Assembly (NCBI GenBank): GCA_965199825.1
Contig: OZ241329.1
Coordinates: 96,001 to 160,000, forward strand
Reading direction: 5' to 3'
DNA length: 64,000 nucleotides
From: Bdellovibrionales bacterium
GTDB lineage: Bacteria; Bdellovibrionota; Bdellovibrionia; Bdellovibrionales; UBA1609
This document shows, in pieces, positions 28,405-37,807 of this stretch. Position numbers and translations under genes: made by a program. Position 1 is the first letter of the stretch. The number at the start of each line of letters is the position of its first letter. The notes under the pieces are model-generated. The model had not been told where the DNA came from, searched no databases, and saw nothing but the letters and a program-made list of their open reading frames with translations.

Positions 28405-29877
28405 TTAATCCTTTGTGGTCAGCTTTTCTTGCAGCGCTAATGCTGCAGAATAAATACGATCTTTTTTTGAGGGGTCCATCTTGGCAACCGTTCGTGCCAT
28501 CATCGAGAGGCGCGGATTCTTCATAAAATAGTCGCTGTGTTTTTCGATAAATCTCCAGTACAGCCCATCCACTCCATCGCACCAATCGCCTTTTTTATAG
28601 CCCCCCATTTTGCGATAATAGTTTGATCCACAAATATAGGGTTTGGTCGCAAAAATTCCGCCATCACTAAAAATCGCCATGCCGTAAACGTTGGGGCCCA
28701 TCACCCAGTCCGAAGAATCAATAAACATTTCCATAAACCATCTGTGAGCTTCGTGGGGATGCACCTCAAGAAGAAGCATCAAAGATCCCACCACCATCAA
28801 GCGCTCAATATGATGGGCATAGCCATAGGTCGAAACTTTTTTTAATACGGTATCGAGTGGAGGAATTCCGGTTTCTGCCTTGTACCATTGGTCATTGAGT
28901 TTTCTTGTGTGCTTAAAGAAATTCTTTGAGTCTTCTTCTTCACTATAATTTTGATAGATGCCGCGGATAAATTCGCGCCAGCCTATGATTTGCCTCACGA
29001 ATCCTTCCAAGGAATTCAGCGGAATTTTATTTTTGCGACCAAAACTGATCACCTCGCTGATCACTTCGCGCGGAGTTAAAAGTCCGGTGTTGAGATAGGG
29101 GGTGAGCACAGAATGATTCAAAAATGGAAAATGATCTGAGAGGGCATCTTCGTAGGGACCAAATTCTTTGAATCTCTCTTTTAAAAATTTTTTGAGATGG
29201 TTAAAGGCCTCGGGCTTTGTTGTGGCTAACCACACTTCTGAAGATCCCGGATGACTTTTAAAGGTCTTTTCAACGAGCGTTCGCACCTCATCATCAATTT
29301 TGTCGGCTTGGTATTTTTCGAGAGCAGGAGCTACGTAATTTTTGGGTAAACTTTTTCTGTTGTCTTCATCAAAACTCCACTGCCCACCAGTGGGCTGAAG
29401 CTCTTTATCCACCAATATATTTAAGCGCTTTCGTTGAGCTTCATAAAAATTGCGCATAAACGGTTTTTTGGTTTTTCGTAAATAAGATTTAAATTGAGCT
29501 CTTGTGGTTAAAAACATAGGGCTTGGAAGCTCTTCGTATTCAACTTCATTTTTATTTAAAGCATTTGCGATGCGGGTTTCAAAAAATTTATCTTCGATTT
29601 CGAAACTTGAAATCTTTTTGATTTTTTTTTGCTTTAAAAAATCAATCAAAGACTCCTCGTACGAGACCTTACTAAAGGTCTCGTAGTGCACAGAGATCCC
29701 TCGCGAACGAAGGTCTGCGGCATATTTTCGCATCGCACTTAAAAAGAAACTGATTTTAAGCTTGTGATATTTAAAATGACTGCACAGATCAATATCTTCA
29801 CGCATAAAGACATGAGCATCTTGAGGAATCAATTTGGGATCAAACAGCTGATTACCAAGAATTAAAAAACCAAGCAC
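28405..29877 (-). CDS. Cryptochrome/photolyase-related protein (bacterial (6-4) photolyase/PhrB-like), lacking the Fe-S cysteine set
   Basis: ILGNQLF, HKLKI, GGQWSFDEDNRK, FGPYEDA, EGFVRQIIGWREF, GYAHHIERLM, WVMGPNVYGM, DGGIFATKPYI. Confidence 0.9.
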   Translation of the reverse strand: MLGFLILGNQLFDPKLIPQDAHVFMREDIDLCSHFKYHKLKISFFLSAMRKYAADLRSRGISVHYETFSKVSYEESLIDFLKQKKIKKISSFEIEDKFFETRIANALNKNEVEYEELPSPMFLTTRAQFKSYLRKTKKPFMRNFYEAQRKRLNILVDKELQPTGGQWSFDEDNRKSLPKNYVAPALEKYQADKIDDEVRTLVEKTFKSHPGSSEVWLATTKPEAFNHLKKFLKERFKEFGPYEDALSDHFPFLNHSVLTPYLNTGLLTPREVISEVISFGRKNKIPLNSLEGFVRQIIGWREFIRGIYQNYSEEEDSKNFFKHTRKLNDQWYKAETGIPPLDTVLKKVSTYGYAHHIERLMVVGSLMLLLEVHPHEAHRWFMEMFIDSSDWVMGPNVYGMAIFSDGGIFATKPYICGSNYYRKMGGYKKGDWCDGVDGLYWRFIEKHSDYFMKNPRLSMMARTVAKMDPSKKDRIYSAALALQEKLTTKD

Positions 29878-29889
29878 AAATCGATTCCT

Positions 29890-30324
29890 TTATGCCTGGA
29901 CGTCGAATTGAAATTGAATCTGGGTTTTTACCGAATTCAGAATCAGACAATTTTTTGTGGTCCGTTCCAACAAGCGCTGAATGCTTTCGACTTTTGATGC
30001 TCCCTCAACAGTTACGGTAAGCAAAAATTTTGACATCCATGGATGCCCGTCTTCACCGCGATCCACTTGGAGAAGACCCTTGGTTTTAAGTTTCGAGTAG
30101 GTCAGTCGTGATTTTTCGGCAAAAACTTTGAATGACGCCACAAAACAATTTTGCAATGCCATGGCGTAAAGATCTTCAGGGCTCAATCCACCACCAGGTC
30201 CATCAAATTCCTTTGGGATGCCCATCTTAATCGGTTCTGCGGGGGGCGCGGTGGAGGTCCATAAGGGCTGGATGCCTGCGGTCGTTTCGGCATTAACGTT
30301 AAATGTAAGGGGATATTGAACCAT
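29890..30324 (-). CDS. OsmC/Ohr family protein
   Basis: PKEFDGPGGGLSPEDL...NCF and KNCLILNSVK (two conserved Cys); GGAGG ribosome-binding site. Confidence 0.88.
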   Translation of the reverse strand: MVQYPLTFNVNAETTAGIQPLWTSTAPPAEPIKMGIPKEFDGPGGGLSPEDLYAMALQNCFVASFKVFAEKSRLTYSKLKTKGLLQVDRGEDGHPWMSKFLLTVTVEGASKVESIQRLLERTTKNCLILNSVKTQIQFQFDVQA

Positions 30325-30428
30325 TTAAAAAAACCTCCGTTACATTGGATTTAAGGAAAACAATTTGATTGGTCAATCTTAACAGATTCCTAATTTTGTC
30401 CTTTATAAAGTATGGGTCAGACTGAAGC

Positions 30429-31427
30429 GTGCAAAACATTTTTTTCACCCTCCTTTTGGTCATTCATCCCGCCTTTGCTAAAACTTGTAGCGACGCCCTG
30501 AGTGGCATCGAACACCACTTTAAGGATTGGCAAGCCGAACGCCGAAGCTTCAATCTCCACCGCGTGCCGACCGCACGATTACGAGTTGCCACTCTCAATC
30601 TTAATTTGATCAATGGCATTTTCGTACGAAATCCCATTTATACTCAAAACAACCCAAATGTTCTTGAAGGCTTAAAAAATTATCTTCACTCGAATGAAGC
30701 ACCTGACATTGTGGCGGCGCAAGAAATTTGGGAGCGCAAAGATCATCACGCAATTTTAAAAATTGCACTGGAGGCGGGCTTTGCTCCCGCGGTGACCGAT
30801 GAAGATCAGATGATTCAAACCGGGCTTCAAATCTTAATCAAACAAACAATTCTTCAATCGCCCGCACAATCGGAATTTAGGGCCTTTTTGTCGACCAACA
30901 ACAAATGTGTGAGCTCCAGTTGGGAAAAGATGGGACGAAAGCAGCGTGGAGTTCTGATTACCGAATTGAATTTGAAAGAGGGTTTAACATTGAGATTCAA
31001 AAACACTCACCTTACCCCCCTCAACTGCCATGGCAAAACCCGCGAACAACAAATTGAGGCGCTCAAACAAATTGCAATGACCCAAAAAAAGCGAAATTTT
31101 GAAATCTTGGTGGGCGATATGAATATCGCGGCTGAAGGTGTTGAAAAAGACTTAAGCACTTATCAAAGTCTTTACTCCCAACTCGGTATGATCGACAGCT
31201 TTCGTGCGGTCTCAGATGAGTTTGGCTCGACCGTCAATCGAGCCTTTCCCCAAACCGTAGCATTACGACTCGGAAAATTGATCGATCGACGAATCGATTA
31301 TATTTTGATCGATAAGGCTTCGGATAGGAATATTCAAATTCATAATTCCAAGGTGATCTTTGATAATCGTCATCAAAAAGCGATCTCGGATCACTACGGA
31401 GTCGAAACAGCATTTGAAATTTTTTAG
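30429..31427 (+). CDS. Exported endonuclease/exonuclease/phosphatase (EEP, sphingomyelinase-like) family protein
   Basis: LRVATLN, PDIVAAQE, NTHL, LVGDMN, RIDYI, SDHYGV; signal peptide ending AFA. Confidence 0.88.
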   Translation: MQNIFFTLLLVIHPAFAKTCSDALSGIEHHFKDWQAERRSFNLHRVPTARLRVATLNLNLINGIFVRNPIYTQNNPNVLEGLKNYLHSNEAPDIVAAQEIWERKDHHAILKIALEAGFAPAVTDEDQMIQTGLQILIKQTILQSPAQSEFRAFLSTNNKCVSSSWEKMGRKQRGVLITELNLKEGLTLRFKNTHLTPLNCHGKTREQQIEALKQIAMTQKKRNFEILVGDMNIAAEGVEKDLSTYQSLYSQLGMIDSFRAVSDEFGSTVNRAFPQTVALRLGKLIDRRIDYILIDKASDRNIQIHNSKVIFDNRHQKAISDHYGVETAFEIF

Positions 31428-32407
31428 CTTGGTAAAAGAGATTCGCTGGTGGCAGGTGCATCTCGCACCGTTTGAAGAGTGGCATTACTTCTAAGAACAA
31501 TGGCCGCCAAGACCTGCTTTTCTGACCGCCACATCAAAACATCCACCGAGATTTTAATTCTTTGGGTTTGGGCCGAAAAGTTTTCGAGCAATAAAGTTAA
31601 CGACAACAACCCAGCAATTTCTTCGAGTTTGTTTTCGTGATGAATGATTTCATTCAGCTGACTTGGATGAGCATAAGCACTCGAAAACAACTCAGGCCCA
31701 ACCTTAAAATCCTTGGACCAATACGACCACTCTAAACTTGAAGCCCTAAAATGCCGGATCGAGTCTCTAAGCGAAGTCGCACTCTGATTGACGCTCGCAA
31801 AGTATCGAAAAGGATAATCCACCGCACCAAGAGCCATCAAAAAACAAATCTGAAATGGAATGTGACTAAAACCTTGTTGGGAAGCCATCGGGCTAAAAAT
31901 CAAAAACAGAAGGTAGACGTCTGCGACTAACGAGATCATCAATCCAACGTTGGAATACATCAAAAAATTTTCTAAGCGTCTGCCTTGGGACTGGCGATCG
32001 GTCTGTTTTAAAATCTCGGTGGAAGGACTTTTAAAAAAGTTCTCAAACCTTTCAAGTTCTTTATCACTCTCGATCTGCAACTTTTGAAAGACACTTAAAA
32101 CTTGATTGGGCTTAAATCCATCGACCACAAAACTCGCACGATCTGCCACTCGCTGACGGATCGCGGGTGCCGAAGTTGAGGTGGCGATCATCGGTTGATC
32201 GATTCTATTTCGAGTTGGAGGATTGAATGCGACAAAATTTTGAAACGTGCTGTGAGGACTTTTAATGGAAGCAAATTTACGAAGCGACAATAACAAGGTG
32301 ACACAGAACGTGGATTTTCTTTCAACGAAGCGATCTAAATTCGAACACGATTTACAAAGAGCGCGTCCAAGAAGCAAAATGATAATGAAAAGGGCAAAAA
32401 ACTGCAT
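31424..32407 (-). CDS. Hypothetical membrane protein directly downstream of pilR
   Basis: 327-aa ORF; hydrophobic N-terminus and two internal TM-like segments; no prepilin motif. Confidence 0.6.
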   Translation of the reverse strand: MQFFALFIIILLLGRALCKSCSNLDRFVERKSTFCVTLLLSLRKFASIKSPHSTFQNFVAFNPPTRNRIDQPMIATSTSAPAIRQRVADRASFVVDGFKPNQVLSVFQKLQIESDKELERFENFFKSPSTEILKQTDRQSQGRRLENFLMYSNVGLMISLVADVYLLFLIFSPMASQQGFSHIPFQICFLMALGAVDYPFRYFASVNQSATSLRDSIRHFRASSLEWSYWSKDFKVGPELFSSAYAHPSQLNEIIHHENKLEEIAGLLSLTLLLENFSAQTQRIKISVDVLMWRSEKQVLAAIVLRSNATLQTVRDAPATSESLLPS

Positions 32408-32421
32408 ACCAATAAAGGTAC

Positions 32422-32438
32422 TGCAATCTTTCTGCCCA
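32422..32438 (-). promoter_or_regulatory. Putative sigma54 -24/-12 promoter between pilR and the 327-aa gene
   Basis: Minus strand tgGGcagaaagattGCa: GG-N10-GC with GGCA and TTGCA consensus halves, in a 36-bp intergenic gap. Confidence 0.55.
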
Positions 32439-32443
32439 GGAAA

Positions 32444-33856
32444 CTAAACCGCTTCGTCTTCGAGTTCGTCATCGCCGATTGTACCAAGATTGTATTTTTC
32501 AACCCGGTAACGCATGGAGCGAAAGGTGATGCTTAAAAGCTTAGCCGCTTTTTTCTTTACCCCATTGGCGGCATGAATCGCTTTGAGCAAAAGCTCTTTT
32601 TCGATATGACCCATCACCTTATCCAGATCAATTCCCTCATCGGTGATTTGGATCTCATGGCTTGAGGCCATCTTACGCCCCGAAGGCGTATTTACAAATG
32701 GCGGTAAACTCTCGGGCAATATGGTGGCGCCGCCTTCAAGCGCAACCGTGCGCTCGATGATGTTTTCGAGCTCACGCACGTTGCCGGGGTAATCGTACTT
32801 TTTGAGCATTTCCATTGCTTCAGCACTGATGGTCGAAATGGTTTTGCCCAATCGCTCGTCGTATTTTTTTAAAAAATGCTGAGCCAATGAGGGAATGTCT
32901 TCTGGCCGCTCGCGCAAACTTGGAGTTGTGATGTTGATCACGTTCAGACGGTAAAATAAATCTTGGCGAAAAGCCCCAGTCGTCACCATCTCTTCAAGAT
33001 TTCGATTGGTTGCCGCAATGATTCTTACCGAAACACGTGAATCATCGGTGGCCCCCACGCGGCGGATGATTCGTTCTTGAATGGCTCGCAAGAGTTTAAC
33101 TTGAATGGTGAGAGGCAGTTCGCCGACCTCGTCTAAAAACAATGTTCCTTGATCAGCCACTTCAAATAAACCTTGTTTATCAGCAACTGCGCCAGTGAAC
33201 GAGCCTTTTTTGTGACCAAACATTTCGGATTCCATCAAATTTTCGGGAATCGCTCCACAGTTGACGGTCACAAATGGTTTATCTTTTAAAGGACCATTAA
33301 AATGGATCGCTTTTGCGACCATTTCTTTACCGGTACCGCTCTCGCCTGTGACCAACACATTGGTTGGAGTTTGTGAAACCCGCTTAATCAATTCATAAAT
33401 GCGATGCATGGTTTCAGAATTGCCCACCAGATTTTGAAAACTATATTCTCGTGTCAGTTCTTTTTTGAGAACCCGGTTTTCAACCTCAAGGTTTAAACTG
33501 CGAAGCGCATTTGCGATATTGATTCGCACTTCATCAATTTTAAAGGGTTTAGTGATGTAATCGTAAGCCCCAAGCTTCATGGCCTCAACCGCGGTTTCGG
33601 CGGTTCCAAAGGCGGTGATCATCATAAAAATCACATCGGGATAAATATTTTTAACTTGCTCTAACAATTGAAGACCAGTGATCTGGGGCATTTGCAAATC
33701 ACTCACGACCATATCAAAAGATTTCTTTTTCAAAATCTCAAGAGCCTTTGCACCATCTTCTGCACATGTGACTTCGTAGCCCTCTTTGCGCAGCATGATT
33801 TCTAAAAATTCGCGGATTGATTCTTCGTCGTCGACAACTAAAATGCGTGCTTTCAT
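32444..33856 (-). CDS. pilR: Sigma54-dependent response regulator PilR
   Basis: Receiver domain, GESGTGKE, GSFTGA, C-terminal HTH; follows the pilS-like kinase in the pilBTC cluster. Confidence 0.85.
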   Translation of the reverse strand: MKARILVVDDEESIREFLEIMLRKEGYEVTCAEDGAKALEILKKKSFDMVVSDLQMPQITGLQLLEQVKNIYPDVIFMMITAFGTAETAVEAMKLGAYDYITKPFKIDEVRINIANALRSLNLEVENRVLKKELTREYSFQNLVGNSETMHRIYELIKRVSQTPTNVLVTGESGTGKEMVAKAIHFNGPLKDKPFVTVNCGAIPENLMESEMFGHKKGSFTGAVADKQGLFEVADQGTLFLDEVGELPLTIQVKLLRAIQERIIRRVGATDDSRVSVRIIAATNRNLEEMVTTGAFRQDLFYRLNVINITTPSLRERPEDIPSLAQHFLKKYDERLGKTISTISAEAMEMLKKYDYPGNVRELENIIERTVALEGGATILPESLPPFVNTPSGRKMASSHEIQITDEGIDLDKVMGHIEKELLLKAIHAANGVKKKAAKLLSITFRSMRYRVEKYNLGTIGDDELEDEAV

Positions 33857-33908
33857 TAAGACCCCTCTTACTTCTAATGATGCTCAAAATTAAAGAAGTT
33901 TACAACTT

Positions 33909-35534
33909 TTAAGCGTGTTTCTGAGAATCAGTCTTGCAAAAATCGATGGTAAAGGTCGTACCCTTTTTGTTTTCACTTTCAACAAAGACCTTAGCCTCGT
34001 GATTCTCGAGGATCTTGTAAGTAATGGCTAAACCAAGGCCCGTGCCCTTGGACTTGGTGGTATGAAAGGGCTCAAATATTTTTTGCAAATTGGCTTTTTC
34101 AATTCCGCTGCCGTTATCGCGAATGATCAAAATCACTTCGCCATTTTGGTCTTTGGTCTCAATGGTGAGTTCAGGATTTTCTATTTTGTCCATAGCCTGA
34201 TACGCATTAATCACAATATTTAACAGCGCCTGTTTGAGTTTATGCGGATGTGCAAGAATTCGCTTTTTCGCATTGAGGCTCGACGTTTGTCGAACGTCTT
34301 TTCTTAAAGCTTTATTGAGCTGCACAATTTCTAAAACTTCTTGGATCAAACGATTCACATCAAGGGTCTCATCGGGCTTGGTCTCTGGCCGAGTAAAATC
34401 CAGAAACTCTGTAATCAAAAGATTAAGCCGATCCACTTCGCGAATCACAATTCGCATCAATTTTCTTTCTTCGTCGCTGAGTTCTCTGGTGTTTGATAAC
34501 ATGAACTCAACACTGCCCGATATGCTCGCCAAAGGGTTTCGAATCTCATGGGCAATGCCTGCGGCCAAGGTTCCGATGGCGGCCAATTTTTCTTGGTTAC
34601 GCACCTGCATCTCGAGTCGCTTCATCTGGGTGATATCTTGAAAAAGAACAACAAAACCTTTGAGATGTTTTTCAGAATTTAAGAGGGTTGAGGTCGTAAC
34701 CGAAAAAAGCAGTTTTTCATTTTTGAGATTGATAAAGACTTCTTCAGAGCGATGGGCCTTGCCTTTTTTAACCAAACCCCGCGAGACCGCATCCGACAAA
34801 TCCGAAAAAATTTGATTCAAATATTTTTTATTTAATCCTAAATCATCAAGAGTCATAATCGCGGCGCGATTGGCATAGGAGATGCGTTGATCAAGATCAA
34901 GAGTGATCAGACCGGTCCCGATATTATCAACAATCAAATGATTCAGATCTTTTAAAACTTCAAGATCTTTAGTTTTTTGGCTGAGCTGCACGGTCCATAA
35001 GCTACTTAAGACCGCCACCGCAAAAAAAGCCAAATTGTTTACACCCAATGCCAGATAAAGGCTTGAGCTCTCCACACTTGGGCTTAGCAACAAAAGGACA
35101 CTTAACAACGAGGACGCCCAAAGGGCCATCAACACGGCGCCTTGTTTTTTAAATAAGAGGCCTGAAAAAATAATGGTGATGAGATAAAGAAAGATAAATG
35201 CCGATTGAGCCCCGCCGGTAAAATAGAGCAAGCCGGTGATTGCCACCACATCCAGACCTAAAAGCGCTGCACTAGCAAAATAAAATCTTTTAAGCCGAGT
35301 ATTAAAAAATAAAAATAATCCATTGAGTAAAAACTGACCGAGCAAAATCGAATAGACCGGAAACCAAAGAGCCGGATTGGAAAAATCGCCCTCGCTCATT
35401 TGAAATCCAAAGGCCATAATCAAAATGATAAGAAAAAAAACGGTTCTTAAAAAATGAACCGCAAAGGCCTGTCGCGAAGACGAGTCGCGCTGATCACCAG
35501 AAATATTGTCAAGCAGCTGATAACTCGTCATCAA
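33909..35534 (-). CDS. pilS: Sensor histidine kinase PilS
   Basis: Six TM segments, PAS-like region, AHEIRNPL H-box, DNGSGI, GTGLGL. Confidence 0.85.
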   Translation of the reverse strand: MMTSYQLLDNISGDQRDSSSRQAFAVHFLRTVFFLIILIMAFGFQMSEGDFSNPALWFPVYSILLGQFLLNGLFLFFNTRLKRFYFASAALLGLDVVAITGLLYFTGGAQSAFIFLYLITIIFSGLLFKKQGAVLMALWASSLLSVLLLLSPSVESSSLYLALGVNNLAFFAVAVLSSLWTVQLSQKTKDLEVLKDLNHLIVDNIGTGLITLDLDQRISYANRAAIMTLDDLGLNKKYLNQIFSDLSDAVSRGLVKKGKAHRSEEVFINLKNEKLLFSVTTSTLLNSEKHLKGFVVLFQDITQMKRLEMQVRNQEKLAAIGTLAAGIAHEIRNPLASISGSVEFMLSNTRELSDEERKLMRIVIREVDRLNLLITEFLDFTRPETKPDETLDVNRLIQEVLEIVQLNKALRKDVRQTSSLNAKKRILAHPHKLKQALLNIVINAYQAMDKIENPELTIETKDQNGEVILIIRDNGSGIEKANLQKIFEPFHTTKSKGTGLGLAITYKILENHEAKVFVESENKKGTTFTIDFCKTDSQKHA

Positions 35535-36739
35535 TTGCCCACAGTGTTTGCCATTTGAAAAATGGGAAGATACATGGCGATCACAATCACCGCGATAATG
35601 CCGCCCAAAAACACCATCAACATCGGCTCAAGTAAACTTGTTAAAGTTTCGGCGGCCACTTCGACTTCTTCTTCATAAAAATCGGCAACCTTACTCAGCA
35701 TCGTATCCAAGTTTCCGGTTTGCTCTCCAATTGAAATCATTTGGGTCACCATGTTTGGAATCGCCTTCACTTTTTTAAGCGGCTCAACCAAACTTTTACC
35801 TTTTGAAACCGAATCCTTACATTCAATCAAAGCCCGCTCGATCACCCAATTGCCAGAGGTGCTGCCCGCAATATCTAAAGCCTCAAGAATCCGCACCCCT
35901 GCGCCCAACAATGTCGAAAGGGTGCGAGACATTCTGGCAACCGATCCCTTTTGAATCAGCCCGCCAAGCACAGGCAGCTGGATCAAGATCGGATCCATGG
36001 TCTTTTTGCCTTCAGCGGTGTCGTAAAACATTTTAAATCCAAATGGAATTCCGACTACAATCGCAATCAACATGTACCAATACTTTACAAATAATTGAGA
36101 AAGGTGAATCACAAAACTGGTTAACGCCGGAAGTTCTTGTCTGGCATTTTCAAATACCTTAACAAAACTCGGAATCACAAAGATCATAATTCCTGCAACA
36201 ACCAAAAAGGCCACAACCAAAACCGCTCCTGGATACCATAGAGCACCTTTGATTTTTCCTTTGAGTTTGACCGACTTTTCAATATAGGTCGCCAAACGCT
36301 CAAGGATCACGTCAAGCACTCCACCCTCTTCGCCGGCCTTTACAAGATTGACGTACATACGATCAAACACATTGGGTTGATTTTGGAGAGCTTCACCTAA
36401 ACGGCTCCCGCGCTCCACATCGCCCACAACTTTTTTGATTGTTCGTTGCAGTGCCAAAGATTTTGACGAGTCGACAAGAGCTTGAAGACTTTGAACAACA
36501 GGAACACCCGCACTGATCAACACCGCAAATTGACGAGTAAATATTTGCAAATCTTTTGAACTGACTGAGTCTTGAAAAAACTGAATGCCTTGCGATTTTT
36601 TTTGGGCATTAGTAACACGCACCGGAACCAAACGCTGCGCCCGAATTTTTATTCGGGCTTCGCTCTCAGAGGCTGCCTCTAATTCGCCCTTGACTGATTT
36701 TCCATCAGCGGTTTTTGCGACGAAATTAAAGGTTGGCAT
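35531..36739 (-). CDS. pilC: Type IV pilus inner-membrane platform protein PilC
   Basis: FTRQFAVLISAGVP, GEEGGVLD, GEQTGNLD, LLEP, YLPIF. Confidence 0.95.
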   Translation of the reverse strand: MPTFNFVAKTADGKSVKGELEAASESEARIKIRAQRLVPVRVTNAQKKSQGIQFFQDSVSSKDLQIFTRQFAVLISAGVPVVQSLQALVDSSKSLALQRTIKKVVGDVERGSRLGEALQNQPNVFDRMYVNLVKAGEEGGVLDVILERLATYIEKSVKLKGKIKGALWYPGAVLVVAFLVVAGIMIFVIPSFVKVFENARQELPALTSFVIHLSQLFVKYWYMLIAIVVGIPFGFKMFYDTAEGKKTMDPILIQLPVLGGLIQKGSVARMSRTLSTLLGAGVRILEALDIAGSTSGNWVIERALIECKDSVSKGKSLVEPLKKVKAIPNMVTQMISIGEQTGNLDTMLSKVADFYEEEVEVAAETLTSLLEPMLMVFLGGIIAVIVIAMYLPIFQMANTVGN

Positions 36740-37807
36740 TTAGACTCCTGCTGTTTTCATTAATTTATCTAGCTCTTCGGGATCCGATGAGAATTCAAAA
36801 GCGGTTTTGAGCTCAATTCTTCTTTTTAAAACAAGTTTGAGCAAACTCTGATTCATGGTGATCATTCCAGATTTTTCTTGCCCCACTTGCATCATCCCGT
36901 AGACCTGATGAAGTTTATTTTCTCGAATTAAATTTCGAATATTGGTGTTTAAAAAAAGCACTTCGACCGCAGCCACCATCCCGCCATTGATTGCGGGTAA
37001 AAGTCGCTGACTGATAATGGCGTTGAGCACAAAACTCAGTTGCACTCGAATGCGGTCTTGCTGGTCGGATGGAAATACCGAGATCACCCGATTGATGGTT
37101 TGGGTGGCCGAGTTGGTATGAAGAGTTCCAAAAACCAAGTGACCAGTTTCGGCCACAACGAGTGCGGCTTCGACCGTTTCAAGATCTCTCATCTCACCGA
37201 TGAGGCAAACATCGGGATCTTGGCGAAGAATATATTTTAAAGCGTGCGCAAAGCTTGCGGTATCCACTCCAATTTCTCGCTGATTCACAATCGAATTGCG
37301 ATGGGGATGGACATACTCAATTGGATCTTCAACAGTAATGATATGGCCGCGCATGTCTTTATTGATTTTATCAATCAACGAAGCAAGTGTTGTACTTTTT
37401 CCTGATCCGGTTGGACCTGTGACCAACACAAGACCTGTGGGGTATTTTAAAACCTCTTGCACCGATTGTGGAAGTCCAAGCATTTCAATATCGGGAACTT
37501 GATTCGGAACTCTTCTGAAGACGGCACTCACCGCACCCTTTTGCATAAAATAATTTGCACGAAATCGTGACAGCTCTTTAATTCCAAAACTAAAATCCAA
37601 TTCTTTTAATGTTTCGAATTTTGCTTTTTGGGCGTCGGTTAAAATCGAATAGCAAATGGTTTGGGTGTCATCGGCATTGAGATCCTCGGATTTGATCCTG
37701 ACGATGCCGCCGTCCACCCGCAATACGGGCGGCGAACCAGCGACAATATGTAAATCTGAAGCTCCCTGTTTGACAGCTGCCTTAAGCAACTGTTGCAGAG
37801 AAATCAC
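36740..37807 (-). CDS. pilT: Type IV pilus retraction ATPase PilT
   Basis: ASDLHI, GPTGSGKSTT, EDPIE, AETGHLVFGTLHT, NIRNLIRE. Confidence 0.95.
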   Translation of the reverse strand: MISLQQLLKAAVKQGASDLHIVAGSPPVLRVDGGIVRIKSEDLNADDTQTICYSILTDAQKAKFETLKELDFSFGIKELSRFRANYFMQKGAVSAVFRRVPNQVPDIEMLGLPQSVQEVLKYPTGLVLVTGPTGSGKSTTLASLIDKINKDMRGHIITVEDPIEYVHPHRNSIVNQREIGVDTASFAHALKYILRQDPDVCLIGEMRDLETVEAALVVAETGHLVFGTLHTNSATQTINRVISVFPSDQQDRIRVQLSFVLNAIISQRLLPAINGGMVAAVEVLFLNTNIRNLIRENKLHQVYGMMQVGQEKSGMITMNQSLLKLVLKRRIELKTAFEFSSDPEELDKLMKTAGV

